Positions 39,161 through 52,116 of a stretch of DNA of 64,000 nucleotides are shown piece after piece (the first letter of the stretch is position 1; every line of letters begins with the position of its first letter). The translations under genes were made by a program, and so were the position numbers. The stretch is from NCBI GenBank assembly GCA_965645245.1, contig OZ287067.1, forward strand, positions 868,001-932,000, written 5' to 3'. Under the pieces are notes generated by a model. That model made no database searches, was not told where the DNA came from, and saw only the letters and a list, made by a program, of their open reading frames with translations. Source of the stretch: Massalongia carnosa. Taxonomy: Eukaryota.

Positions 39161-42100
39161 ATGTCTACTCCTGTTGAACGCCACGCCTTGCTACTCGAGC
39201 AGCTGCATCTGTCAATATGCTTACTTGGATTACTTGCTAAGCATCCAGCAAACCTTGATGAGCTAGTTCTTGACCACAAGGAAGCCTTCCTAGAGAAGGG
39301 TACCTCCGACAACGCTGATATTGGAGAAGGTTATCCTGAAGAGGATTTGGAAGATGTTGAAATTATCAGCGCTGAAGACGTGAAGGAGCGCAACCCCAAA
39401 GCTTTACGGAACAAAGTCCTTGACCGGCTGGCAGAAACACTGGCAAGATATAAGTCAGACCGCACAGTTAACAAAGGCCCTATTCTCGACCCAAAACATG
39501 TATCCAGTACGATGATGATTATAGACGAGGAACACAACAAGGTCAAGATTCTCTGCGCGAAGAATGAAGGGTTGGATCAGCATAACTCGACCGATGACAC
39601 AGATTTTCTGAGTTCTTGGAAGGCCTGCATGGAACGCATATCAAGAGAGGGTAGACTTATGTACTGCCAGTATTGCCATATTACTGTATGATAACATGAT
39701 ATAGGGGTCGCGGCTGAGAAAGATAAAGTCTACATGCTCGACATGATCTTGAAGTACCAACGCCCGCGAATCACCTATTATCTGAACAAACTTAGGAAAG
39801 CGTTGAGATTCGAAGAGCCAACAACATGCACAACTCAAGATAAGCGACCAAGACTCTCTGACGAGTGGCTTCAAAGGCTACCAGTTCTCCATACCCGCAG
39901 CTGGATCGACGACAACAAGAACGAATTTCAGTTTTCGGGCGCCTCACTTGATGAAGCTGAAAACATTTCCACAGCTGCTTTGTCTGCTCAAAGTCTGAAA
40001 AACATCAACGACGAGGTCGACAGCATCTTCCAACTAGTTGACCAGGTCTCTTCTTTGGGTGAGAACGAGGATGATCATTTGAGTCGGGAAATCCTCAAGC
40101 AGCTATTACCATCCTTATTTTCTGTCTGGCGATCTCTACGGTTTCAAGCATCAATCAAGGCACGTTTACATGCCCGATTTCAAGACTCACAAAATTCAGA
40201 AAAGAGGCAGCACGAAGCAGTTACAGCCCTGAAATTCCTTTGTCGAGTTTACTATAGTGTCGACGTGTTCATTCAAGCTGCTCAGAGCATGCCTATCTTC
40301 AAGTCTGTGGAGTGTATCCCAATACCTCTTCAGCCAGCGATCCCCACGAAAGCAACATCCAACTCCGTTCGAGCCCAAGCAACAACACTGGAAATTGCCA
40401 AGAGCCTCGGGCTCTATGTACGCGGTGTTGGCTGGCTTCACCATCTTGAAAATAAAGCCATCAAAAACAGCTTCCGCAAGCTTCGAGGAGAAAAATGTCA
40501 TGTTCACGCCGAAATTCAGCTACTGTCCCATCAAACTCAATTCTTTAAGTCTCGGCATGAAGATGGATGTGTACATCCCTACATTGGTTGTAGCAAGCTT
40601 TGTTGCTTACTCTGTTGGCTGTTGCTCCGAGTTCATGGCGCTTACCATGTCCGAGGAACCCACGAAACCATTATGCACCGATGGGAAATACCAGCGGTCC
40701 TTCTGACAGAAGCCTACACCGCTGAGTATCAGCCAATTTTGCAAGACTTTCTCGGTTTCATTAGGATGTTACTGCAGAATTTATTGGACCAACCCTTTCC
40801 TTTGAGACATCTTAGGCTCCTCGCCCAATCGTCTGCCGCTCTGTCTACAACGAAGACCGTACTGGATCGAGAAAAAGTCCAAATGGAAAAGCCACAGCTA
40901 AATATGAGGTAAGTAAACCTGCTACCAAAACTTCACCGGCTAACAAAACTTGCAGGCGACTGATGATGATGCCTATGGTCGGGGATGACGGACTTCTTAT
41001 AAATGACCTTTATGAGAAGCCAGGATTTGTCTCTGTCATGGGAGGATCGTTCACTAAGCCAAAGGAAATGTCCTGCGAGGATGCAGAAATATACAAGGAA
41101 AACCATATTCGGGTTAAGTTTGGATTGGAGAGGACCGATGAAATGCCCCCGAAGCAAGGCAAATTTGCCAAAACGTGTCGTCGTTGCCACCGGCGATCAA
41201 GCCTTCGCTGTTCCTCGTGCCGAAGTAATTATTGCTCGAGAGCATGCCAGAAGAAACATTGGAGCCGGCACGTTTTTGTTTGCAGGCTGACAAAGCGACC
41301 AAACGACGTTGACTACTTGAGAATCTTTATCAGGCAATGGTCCCATGCCACAGGAGATGAGTGGAGGCAATCCCAGACTCTGTCCGAGCTATACTCGGAT
41401 GATGATCTTTGCAAGACCTTCGGGTTCAATAATTGCGCCGAGCGCTACGACGTTGCCAAACTTCTCTGCTTCTACACCCATATGACGTCCAAACTGAGTA
41501 CACACGGAGTGCAAGTGGGAGTAGACGAAGGAAGTCTTGCTGATTACATGGCAGTCGTTGCAGAGCTGATACAATATGAAGGGAAGGAGACCTATCATAA
41601 CTGCCCTTGCTTTACTTGGTTTCTTCATCGACGGTCTTTTATTGACTGCGTAATGCCAAATTGGGCAGGCGACTTTGCGTATCAAGCAGCTGCATTGCGA
41701 CGGCTTGAGCATGCCCTTTCAATCGAAGAACGGGACGACGATGTCCACCCTCTCTCGATATCTGAAAGGGAAGTGCTGACTCTGTACTCAATATTGTTCC
41801 GAGACTTCAACAACATTCCTGGTCCGCTCACTTCAAAATGGCTCAAGTTTGGTTTCTGCTTTTGCACCAACCGTGGTCAGTCCATGGAGCTCGCAAAACT
41901 CTACGTTCAGCTAGCTAAGCGCGGGGCATCACTCGAGGAAATTGCAAGGGCTTATGAGGAAAAAACACTGCCTATTCTGATGAGACGCAAAGGCCTGAAT
42001 ATTTCAACTTTTCAGGCAAAGGGCATTGCTTTTCACTGCCCGGACCTCGAGGAGCTCGGCATATATCGTCTCATAGCTGAAGTCAACCACACGCTCTCAG

Positions 42101-42573
42101 GTCGTTTCTGCTACTGCCATCTTCCAAAACGAAACTGCCATCCAAAGTTCGAAACTCACCTAAGTCGAGAAAGTGACGGAGACTACGGATTTCACGGGAC
42201 CAATACATGGGAACGTTGGCAACTGTTTAATTTCTACAAACATGTCTTCGGTCACCAAAACTTCGATGCACGGAAAATGCAGGAGGCGAAACGACACCCA
42301 GACAAAGAAAAGCTTGATCAGTACCTCGACTCGCTTGTTCCCGATTACCGAAAGAACATAGGCAACAGAGTGCTAGGAGATATCATGTTCCCGAAGCTAA
42401 AGGCTGGGGTCAAATTCCCCAATGGTCGCCCGCCTTGTTGGTGCGTTATGCATGACACAATAGGTCCCGAGGGTTTGGATTGTTTTACATCAACATTGGT
42501 ATCGCAACTTCGAACAATAACCCAGGGCAATGAAGAGGATGTGCTCGAAGATAGCAATCTCATAGGTACATAA
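39161..42573 (+). CDS. OTT_1508-like nucleic-acid deaminase fused to MYND Zn finger and uncharacterised C-terminal domain (3 exons, about 1,100 aa)
   Basis: AKNEG motif, deaminase Zn motifs HVHAEIQLL and YIGCSKLCCLLC followed by RGTH..W, and MYND CRRC..CSSC..YCSRACQKKHW..H..C. GT-AG introns at about 39651-39704 and 40909-40955 join ORFs 39137, 39734 and 40963. Confidence 0.82.
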
Positions 42574-43461
42574 GGCGTCTACATTGCTTGCAGTAGTTTG
42601 CTATCGAGAGTGATATCGTGTTTGGGTTATCAATGACGATTTTCAAAGTTTCATGAGTCGCTTGAAGATGAATTGACTCTTTCTTTGGGACGAATCTACA
42701 GTTTGATCATCATTAGGTATAATGAATAAAGGATGAGGAGAATTGCTTACGGTAGCAGACGAGCGCAGCCTCGCGGCGTTTATAGCTAGCCTAAGATATC
42801 CGCAGTATGGTGCAGTTTAGCCTCGCGTCAGCCACAGTCCTAAACAGCCACAAAGCTTGCCAAATGATTATATAGCGTTAGGTGAAATTTTATTGTAATT
42901 AGCAAGAGAACGTGCGGGGTCGTCTCGTACTAACCAAATGTTGAATATCCAATCCCTACCAGCACAATGAACACCTATCAGTACGATGAACATAGCACCT
43001 ACGGCTGCCCTAGATGGACAGATCATCTACGGAAACCGTAGATGCCGCATTAGGCTTAGTCCCAAGATAAGATAAGATCACCTCGCTTAGAAGGGGGTGA
43101 CCAGTAATAGGAAAAGATTGCTGCCTAGCAACTCTTCATCCTTAACATCACGGTCATACATACCTTTATTATTACATAGCCATATAGCCATAGTCATATA
43201 CCTATTTCAACAGGTTATGAGCCCGGAAGGGTGCTATCGATTTAAACGAATCGAAGCTTTTAATCCGCAGCATCGCAGTGCAATCAGCTAAGCATCGTTC
43301 CTATTCAATGAATCGTAGACACATGACTAAATCTTTCTGTGTCTTTAGAAACGATCCCTTAAATCACATCAATCAGTTCTCTCTTCTGTACACAGCGATT
43401 TCTTGTCAGAAGCACAAAAACTGCGTGTTAGAAAGAGCATGAACACATTGATCGTACTACA

Positions 43462-44719
43462 CCGAAGCCCTCGGACACCAAAGAGCTTGCTAAGCTCGAT
43501 GGTCGAAGGCAATCAAGGCCTCGGACACCAAAGAGCTTGCTAAGCCCGATGGTCGAAGGCACTCAAGCCCTCGGACACCAAAGAGCTTGCTAAGCTCGAT
43601 GGTCGAAGGCACTCAAGTCCTCGGACACCAAAAGAGCTTGCAATGCTCGATGGTCGAAGGCACCCAAGTCCTCGGACACCAAAGAGCTTGCTAAGCTCGA
43701 TGGTCGAAGGCACTCAAGTCCTCGGACACCAAAGAGCTGCTAAGCTCGATGGTCGAAGGCACTCAAGTCCTCGGACACCAAAGAGCTTGCTTAGCCCGAT
43801 GGTCGAAGGCACTCAAGCCCTCGGACACCAAAGAGCTTGCTAAGCTCGATGGTCGAAGGCACTCAAGTCCTCGGACACCAGAAGAGCTTGCTATGCTCGA
43901 TGGTCGAAGGCACTTAAGTCCTCGGACACCAAAGAGCTTGCTAAGCTCGATGGTCGAAGGCACTCAAGTCCTCGGACACCAAAAGAGCTTGCTATGCTCG
44001 ATGGTCGAAGGCACTCAAGTCCTCGGACACCAAAAGAGCTTGCTATGCTCGATGGTCGAAGGCACCCAAGTCCTCGGACACCAGAAGAGCTTGCTACGCT
44101 CGATGGTCGAAGGCACTCAAGTCCTCGGACACCAGAAGAGCTTGCTACGCTCGATGGTCGAAGGCACTCAAGTCCTCGGACACCAGAAGAGCTTGCTACG
44201 CTCGATGGTCGAAGGCACCCAAGTCCTCGGACACCAGAAGAGCTTGCTACGCTCGATGGTCGAAGGCACCCAAGTCCTCGGACACCAGAAGAGCTTGCTA
44301 CGCTCGATGGTCGAAGGCACTCAAGTCCTCGGACACCAGAAGAGCTTGCTACGCTCGATGGTCGAAGGCACCCAAGTCCTCGGACACCAAAGAGCTGCTA
44401 AGCTCGATGGTCGAAGGCACCCAAGTCCTCGGACACCAAAGAGCTGCTAAGCTCGATGGTCGAAGGCACCCAAGTCCTCGGACACCAAAGAGCTTGCTAA
44501 GCTCGATGGTCGAAGGCGCTCAAGTCCTCGGACACCAAAGAGCTTGCTAAGCTCGATGGTCGAAGGCGCTCAAGTCCTCGGACACCAAAGAGCCCGCTAA
44601 GCTCGATGGTCGAAGGCACCGAAGTCCTCGGACACCAAAGAGCTCGCTAAGCTCGATGGTCGAAGGCACCGAAGTCCTCGGACACCAAAAGAGCTCGCTA
44701 AGCTCGATGGTCGAAGGCA
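43462..44719 (+). repeat. Tandem array of about 25 copies of a 49-51-bp unit inside the Copia 5' region
   Basis: Unit AAGAGCTTGCTAAGCTCGATGGTCGAAGGCACTCAAGTCCTCGGACACCA repeated head-to-tail without spacers. A degenerate extra copy lies at about 44820-44870. Confidence 0.95.
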
Positions 44720-45210
44720 AAAAAAGTATATTGCTGGCCCTGAGCGCCCCATTGGTTCAAAAATCATCAAAGCGTCAGTTTCACCCGTGGTTGAGTTCTG
44801 GACACGCAAAAAATACAAAATCCCTCGGACATCAAAGAGCTTAGTAAACTCATTGATCGAAGGCACAAAGACCTTTCTTTTTGGCAATTATGCCTCCTTA
44901 AGGCACTAGATGAGATTGTGCGGCAGTTGCCTCTTATTATTTAACCGGCCTAAGGCCGGTTAAATCAAATTGGAATAACCCTGCGCTCAATTTGCTTTTG
45001 GTCAATTGGACCCTTGAAAAAGCCGAAGTTGAAATTCTCATCATGGCAAACAAGCATGTTAAGCAAACAGGTTTCTCTGTTGAGACATCAGAGTGGACAC
45101 TGGCTAAGGAGGGACTGTTTTTTCCTTGTCTATAAGAAAGGTCACAGATCCACATTCTTTCAGTCACTACTAAGTTTCTCGCCTTGTTCAATTGCTCCCC
45201 ATTCTCCCAT

Positions 45211-48200
45211 TATGCCTATCATAGATACGTCACATCTTTTGGAGAAAGCCGAAAGATATTCGGCATGGGCAAGCTATACGAAGGGCATTCTGCTTAAGAA
45301 CAACTGCGAAGGAGCCATTCTGGAGAGTCAATCAGAAATCACCGCTGAAACCATCAAGGAAGGTTTAATACAAGCAGGCTTCGACGCCAAAGGTCTTTCA
45401 GTCAGCATCTTGGTAAAAGAACTGCGTGACTAGAAGAATAGACAGAAGGCCGAGATGACCAAGGCTATAGGAATCATTCACGGATTAGTTGCGGAGTGCC
45501 ATTACAGCCTCATCGACAACAAGAATGTGGCAGAAATGTGGAAAATCCTGAAGGATAGATTCCAAGATATAGCACCAATGAGCATCAGCGACATCATTCT
45601 GAAGGTTAGTTCCAAGAAGATGACCGACTTCGAGACGACCAGTCTATACTGTGCATATTACGAGAGCGCTTTAAACAAGATTAAAGGAATGCTGGACGAC
45701 AAGGCCAAAGTGGATGTGCATACCGTGGAGTTTATGCTTAAGGGAATGATGCTGGGTAACACCAGACGTCTATTCCCCATTGATAGCCCAACTTCGACGA
45801 GATTGAACATACGAAACCACAAACCTGTCGGAAGCAATGAAGACCATTATTGCTTATTATGTCAACATGAAAATCACCAAGGCACTTCATATCAGCACAC
45901 CTGACTCAAGAGGTCGAGCCCCATCAGGGAACTGCACCTTCTCTTAATGTGTCAAGAGAAAGAACACTCATCATTGGCTAGATACCTGTTTGCAGAAGTT
46001 TCCACAGTTAAAAAGACATAGAAGTTCGCTCGAATCCGGAAGAGCAAAGGAACAAAAGACTACCTCGTTAGAAACGAAGGCGGACTTATCTCATACATCA
46101 ACCAACATTCCAACGACCATTGACACTCCAGATTTGAGGATGCATTTGAGCAAAGTGGACGAGGACACCTATCAAGGACTGGACGTCATTATCTGTCAAA
46201 TCAAAACTCACTACATGGCTTGGAAGGCTTGGTCATCTCAACATAGCAACGTGTCGAAAATATCTGAAAACGCTAGACATAACGTACGATGACGATATCA
46301 ACCACGGTTGGTTTTGCCATGCATGCGAAATGGGAAAAGCCAAAAAGATATACAACCGAACACGGCAAGAGAAGGCCACAGAGCTCTTTCAAAAGATAAA
46401 CTCTGACCTAGTGGGACTAATCAAGCCATCAGGACTTCTTGAAGAACTTTACCTCTTCACTTTCACCTGTGATGCTAGCAGATACACTCATGTCTATACC
46501 GGACACAAGAAGAGTGAATGGTTTGATCACTTGTTGACATACTACAGCATGGCTCAAAACAAATCCGGAAAGGCTAAACTCATAAGCAGTTTTCGCACTG
46601 ACTTCGGCACGGAGCTTCGCAGTCACAAGTCAGACGTTTGGTCCTTGGAACAAGGCATAACGTTTGAAACAGCTGCTCCATACTCTCAAGATGAAAACGG
46701 AGTCGCGGAACGAATGGGCAGAACCATCATGGACATGACAAGATGCAGTGTCATTGCCGGAGACATTCCAGACTACTTGTGGGCAGAAGTGGTTCTAGCC
46801 ATGGTTCACACCAAGAACGTCAGACCAACCAACGCCTTAGCAGGTAAAACCCCGTATGAGATCTTCGAGAAGAAGTCACCTAAGCTGGATCACCTGAGAA
46901 TTCTCGGATCTACAGTCTATGCATTAATTCACGAAGAAGAGCGAAAAGGAATAAACAGCAAGGCTGCTAAATTTTCTCCGAGGGCTCAGAAAGGAATCCT
47001 GTGTGGATATGACAGAAGCACCATCTATCGCGTCTTTATGGAAAAAGACTACAAGGTCATCAGGGTCAAGGACTTACGAATTCATGAAGACGCCACATTC
47101 AAAGATGGGACCGATCTACCCTCGTACGACTCAACATATCATCAAGCAATGAACTCCAAATACGCAAACGAATGGAGTCAGTCTGGGTAATGGATGAGAT
47201 CAAAAGTCTGCTGGAGAATAAAACCTGGGATACATTACCTACCGAGTCCATGGAACCCGGACATATAGTCTTAAGTGGCAAATGAGTATTCAAGCTGAAA
47301 CGGGACGTAAATGAAAAGATCGTTCACTTTAAAGCCAGATGGGTTGTCAAGGATATCTCCAACAATACTGAGTAGATTTCGATCAAACCTTTGCATCTAT
47401 GGTCAAACAATGGCTTTTCGCTTGCTATTCGCGTTAGCTGCTCATCACTATCTGCACATCGAGCGACTGGATATAGTGACAGCTTTTCTGTACGGTCTCA
47501 TTATCAACTCATCTATGTCCACATGCCGAAAGGATATGACACAGCTGGCATGGTGTGTAGGTTGAACAAAGCCCTGTACGGTTTGAACAGTCTCCGCGTC
47601 CCTGGTATGAACGACGGTCAGCTTTTCTATTGAGAAAATTAGGATTGGAGAAACTCCACGCAGATCATAACATTTTCATCACACCTCAAGGGATAAAAGG
47701 ACACATTGTTACCTCTTTCGTTGACGATTTGAACATCATAGGCCCAAAGGGTTCCCCGATGATCACCGAAGTCAAGAAACAGCTCAAGCTAGCTTTCAAG
47801 ATGGTAGACATGGGACCAATCAGCTACTATCTAGGCCTTAAAGTCGAACGAGATCGAGTCAACAAAACTATAAAGCACTCCCATGCGAGAAGGCTGTCTC
47901 TTCATCAATGAATTTCAGGACTCCGACAAGGACATAAAGCAATATCAAACCATGGTCGGATCCATCACGTTCGCAATGATAGAAACCAGGCCAGACATAG
48001 CTTTCGCAACGTCCGTAATCAGTCGAAATGCAAAGAATCCAGGCAAAACACATGAAAGCGGCCAAACACATTCTCAGATACCTTAGCGGTACCAAGAATA
48101 GAGATATCACCTTCGACAAATAGCAGCGAAAATCCAACTGGGGTTATGTGTTCATGCTGAACAATGGACCAATAAGCTGGTGTTCCAAAAGACAAATAAC

Positions 48201-48591
48201 CGTCACATTGTCATCAACCGAAGCAGAGTATATGGCACTCACCTTAGCAGCAAAGGAGGCAACATGGCTACGTTTACTGATGACCGAACTCGGATTGATC
48301 ACTTCTGATGACGGATCCCCGACAATAAACGTGTTAAGAGGAGAAGGCACAATTGCATTGAAAGGCGACAATCAAAGCGCCATAGCACTGGCCAATAACC
48401 CCGTATTACACTCCAGGACCAAGCATATCGACATTCAGCACTACTTTATACGAAACGAGGTGCTAGAAGGAAGAATCGACCTCACCTATGTTCCGACCGA
48501 AGACATGATTGCAGATGGACTGACAAAAACCCTCACGCACGTCAAGTTCTTCTCCTTTATCAGACAGCTCAACATGGACAAACAGACATGA
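45211..48591 (+). pseudogene. Copia gag-pol remnants (gag, rve integrase, RT fragments, RNase H)
   Basis: Integrase SDLVG..RTDFGTE..ENGVAER, RT FVDDL and RNase [26 protein letters not shown]. Multiple stops, frameshifts and deletions. Confidence 0.9.
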
Positions 48592-49031
48592 GAGGTAAAG
48601 AAGTTCAACCACGGTTGAATCCACGATGGAAACAAGTACTGGTAGGACTTGAGGGGGGGTGTTGAATATCCAATTCCTACCAGCACAATGAACACCTATC
48701 AGTACGATGAACATAGCACCTACGGCTGCCCTAGATGGACAGATCATCTACGGAAACCGTAGATGCCGCATTAGGCTTAGTCCCAAGATAAGATAAGATC
48801 ACCTCGCTTAGAAGGGGGTGACCAGTAATAGGAAAAGATTGCTGCCTAGCAACTCTTCATCCTTAACATCACGGTCATACATATTACATAGCCATATAGC
48901 CATAGTCATATACCTATTTCAACAGCTTGATATTATAGAAATTATTTTCCAGTAAGACTGTGCCTCCGCTTGCTTGATATGATCTGACGTGAACCATTCT
49001 CAACCATCAATACCGAAAATAAAAGTCCCCT

Positions 49032-49080
49032 TAACATCCGTCCCTGGGTCGCGAGACGCACCCCGTCGCGAGACGAACCA
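49032..49080 (+). repeat. Dispersed internal repeat, short copy B (about 50-bp core)
   Basis: TAACATCCGTCCCTGGGTCGCGAGACGCACCCCGTCGCGAGACGAACCA matches the start of 34775 and the reverse complement of 53727-53776. Confidence 0.85.
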
Positions 49081-49950
49081 ACAATTTGGACATCTAAAAT
49101 CTCTCCCTTGCAAGTCTATGGAGATATGGTTGGTAAAGGACTTTTTTACAGCCTTTTCTCCTCCTGGACACCCTTCTTCAACGAAAATTACCGCGGTGTT
49201 GGTCATGCTGTCGCTCGTTCGGTTGACGCCATCAATTGCCGCTTCAGCTTTTTCCCCCTGCTAGATCACGGTCAGTCACATATTTTCGGTTTTCGGAACC
49301 ATACGTAGTAGTATGATAGTCCCATGAAGAAAGAATATAGCTCCAAGCTTTAAACATACATATAGAAGTCTCGCCGTGCAAGAAAGGGTGGCGACGGCCT
49401 CGCGCCTTGGGGCGATATTATAGCGTACCTTGGCGTGCATTAGTTTATCTGCTCAATACTGTATTTTTGGTATTATATCATGCCATCCCCTTTTCGGTTA
49501 GGATGACTGTGGCGCACCGTGGTAGGTTTCTAGAAGCGTCCATGGGGAGGCACGTGCCCACTTTCTTTGCGCCTAACTTAAAGGGGGTTCTTGGCGAGAG
49601 CGAGTAGCTTAGCGAGGGAAAGAGCCAGCCAGTGAGCCAAGTAGCATTACACATGCAGGTTCGCCTAAGATCTCACGCACTTACTATGGCAGTGCTTTAG
49701 TGCATGAAGCTAGTGATTATGGACCGCTACTTCCTGGCACGAGATCAAGCCTCATTCCGCCCGTATTGGCTGCCTCACGACCGGCAATTCTTGCAAACTC
49801 ATACTACAATCGACATTCTTAAAGATCCGTCGCCTTGGTTGCGAACTTCGACGGCCGTTTTCGATTCTGCAAAAAGTCTGCGATCGGTTCTTCACTTCGA
49901 CAATTCTCTTAGTTTGATCCGATTGAGAATACGGCTGCGCACAAAACACC

Positions 49951-52116
49951 ATGGAGCACCTCCTGTGTGATGAGGAACTACGTAGGCGACGTCCAAGTAT
50001 GGCAAGAGTGAAATGGCTGGGGTTTGACCACGATTCAAATGGCGAGTATGAAAGGGGCTCCATCCAAGAATACCCTCTGCGCCGAGGTTGGACCGCTATA
50101 GAGATCGATGATCTTAAGAAATGCAAATTGCCAAGTCATCGCTCACTTAAAGATTCCCTCGCTATGCTGCAAAGTTGGATGAGTCTTGGCCTCATGGAAT
50201 GCTTCTTTGGACAACCATTCGCCAGTTCCCTTTTTGTCTCCCAAGTTGGAAATACAGAATTCTTCCACACCAAGCACCTGCGAGGTTACATTGACGATTG
50301 GCAGACTCGCAAATTGCCTTCGTTCCCTCGCCTAGTGATGCTCATGTTCGAGGGTTGCATCACGGACGCCCTGGATGAGGCCCAATCTTGGAACCACCAG
50401 CTGGTCCTCACACAGCGCTTGTACAAAGACCGTAGCCTCTTTGCGGATCGTGCGCTTTTCGATTCGGTGATTCGATTGACTACATTAGTTGGGGAGGCTC
50501 TACAAGCTCTAGCGGAGAGATTTCCTACGTCCAGAAGCAGATTCGCTATGGGGTACGAATGGTTCATCTCAGACGGCAATGAACAGCGACTGCATACCCA
50601 ACTAGAAAGACAAGGTTGGTGTCCGTCAATATACAGGATTCTTATCAAAGGCCTCCGTATGCCATTGTCACTATTGGAATATGCTAGCCTCGTTCGACCA
50701 GCCGACGCAGACCTTCGTATGCACGAGCGCTGCTCATTGCATGATTGTGTAGGATACAATTTGGACAACAAGACGTATCGGACTGAGCACATCTTTAAAG
50801 GCTGCCAATGCAAGCCTTTCTTGTTGCCGTCCCTCTTGAAGACGAGAGATATTCTTCTCGATAACGATGTTCCACTTATCAATGGAGATGTCTTGTTACA
50901 ACGCAGCTCTGCAGAAGGCTCTGTGTCTCGTGCCGGCTCTGGTCTTCGTTACGTAGCCTTTTCTCACATCTGGTCTGATGGTCTCGGCAGCTGTACAGAA
51001 GATGGTCTGCCCCGGTGCCAAGTAGAGGCCCTATGCAATATGGCAATGGAAGTTGGGAACACGTCTCAATTCTGGATTGATTCTCTTTGTATCCCAAGAG
51101 ACGTTCGAACGAGGAAGCGAGCTATCTCACAGATGGCGAAAACCTATCGGAATGCGTGCGCAACGATAGTCCTTGATAATCGAATCAAGACATGCAGCGC
51201 ACAAGACACCAAAGAAGAAATCATGCTTACTTTAGCATCGTCTGTGTGGCAACGGAGACTTTGGACCTTACAAGAAGGTGCGTTATCTAATAGAATGTAC
51301 TTCAAGCTGGCAGACTCATTTCTGCACGATGGGACGCTCCTGGACAATGCGGGTCCAGAGGCGTATAAACCGATCATCAGAAATTGTATCTCACACCTGG
51401 ACAATATCAGTGCTTGGGCTCTTGTTGGTGATGTAACTATTGGCGCAATGCAACGCAACATATCTCATAGAACGAGCAGTACACATGACGATGAGGCTCT
51501 GGCAATGGCCTCTTTGCTAAATCTGGATGTCTCCGACATCTCTCGATTACTCGATGTCGACGGCGAGGAGCGGATGATACGCTTCTGGTCCATGGTTCCC
51601 TCGATTCCCCGAGGCATAGTAATACTGGGGGGCGCAAGAATTAAGCAGGAGCCATTCCAGTGGGCACCGAGATCGCTGATGAGTAGAGAAGATCAAGGAT
51701 CAATGGACAAAAGGGACGGGAGTGCGAAATCTACGTCAATGGGCTTGTTAGCGACCTGGTATATCTATACAGTCACAAAGGGCGTGCTTGTGAATCTCGC
51801 TGTCGATCAAGCTCACTTCTACAATGCACAGACGAGCGCTGTTCTTACTGTCTATCCCGATAAGGAACGCACAGTCGAACCATTTCACTGCCACGTGGAT
51901 GCGATCTTGTGTCTTGACAGCCTGCCAGTCAGCGACCGCGAGACAGCTGGTGTTGTTCTTTCATTCGTCAAGACGTCTGGCCGCCGCAAGGTATACAAGT
52001 ATGAGAAACTATGTCCAGTCTGCTTGCATGATAATGAGCCAGCAGAATTCATCAGATTTCTAAAGCAAGAAGAACAAACCGTCACAGGCGCCATGGAAGA
52101 GCTGGTTATATCTTAA
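49951..52116 (+). CDS. HET (heterokaryon incompatibility) domain protein, 721 aa
   Basis: HET motifs YVAFSHIWSDGLG, FWIDSLCIP, AISQMAKTYRNA..VLD and WQRRLWTLQEGAL in an intact ORF. Confidence 0.9.
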   Translation: MEHLLCDEELRRRRPSMARVKWLGFDHDSNGEYERGSIQEYPLRRGWTAIEIDDLKKCKLPSHRSLKDSLAMLQSWMSLGLMECFFGQPFASSLFVSQVGNTEFFHTKHLRGYIDDWQTRKLPSFPRLVMLMFEGCITDALDEAQSWNHQLVLTQRLYKDRSLFADRALFDSVIRLTTLVGEALQALAERFPTSRSRFAMGYEWFISDGNEQRLHTQLERQGWCPSIYRILIKGLRMPLSLLEYASLVRPADADLRMHERCSLHDCVGYNLDNKTYRTEHIFKGCQCKPFLLPSLLKTRDILLDNDVPLINGDVLLQRSSAEGSVSRAGSGLRYVAFSHIWSDGLGSCTEDGLPRCQVEALCNMAMEVGNTSQFWIDSLCIPRDVRTRKRAISQMAKTYRNACATIVLDNRIKTCSAQDTKEEIMLTLASSVWQRRLWTLQEGALSNRMYFKLADSFLHDGTLLDNAGPEAYKPIIRNCISHLDNISAWALVGDVTIGAMQRNISHRTSSTHDDEALAMASLLNLDVSDISRLLDVDGEERMIRFWSMVPSIPRGIVILGGARIKQEPFQWAPRSLMSREDQGSMDKRDGSAKSTSMGLLATWYIYTVTKGVLVNLAVDQAHFYNAQTSAVLTVYPDKERTVEPFHCHVDAILCLDSLPVSDRETAGVVLSFVKTSGRRKVYKYEKLCPVCLHDNEPAEFIRFLKQEEQTVTGAMEELVIS

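Larger units (their letters stand above)
42939..48924 (+). mobile_element. Ty1/Copia LTR retrotransposon, degenerate
   Basis: LTRs 42939-43212 (274 bp) and 48660-48924 (265 bp), both TG..CA, differing by one substitution and a 9-bp indel as read. PBS GGTTATGAGCCC at 43213 and PPT GAGGGGGGG at 48651-48659. Domain order is gag-integrase-RT-RNaseH. Confidence 0.95.

Noticed and set aside
39161..42573. Idea that the cargo deaminase causes the CC-biased mutations at 61-64 kb
   Set aside because: The mutations are confined to repeats, as expected for host RIP-like defence. Nothing in the sequence links them to this enzyme.
42911..42930. CGGGGTCGTCTCG as a fourth copy of the internal repeat core
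   Set aside because: Only about 13 bp with a gap, too short to distinguish from chance.
43462..44719. Possible CRISPR array, or repeat-protein ORFs (43749-44450, 43994-44401)
   Set aside because: Units are contiguous with no unique spacers, the context is eukaryotic and there are no cas genes. Frames stay open only where units are 51 bp and shift elsewhere.
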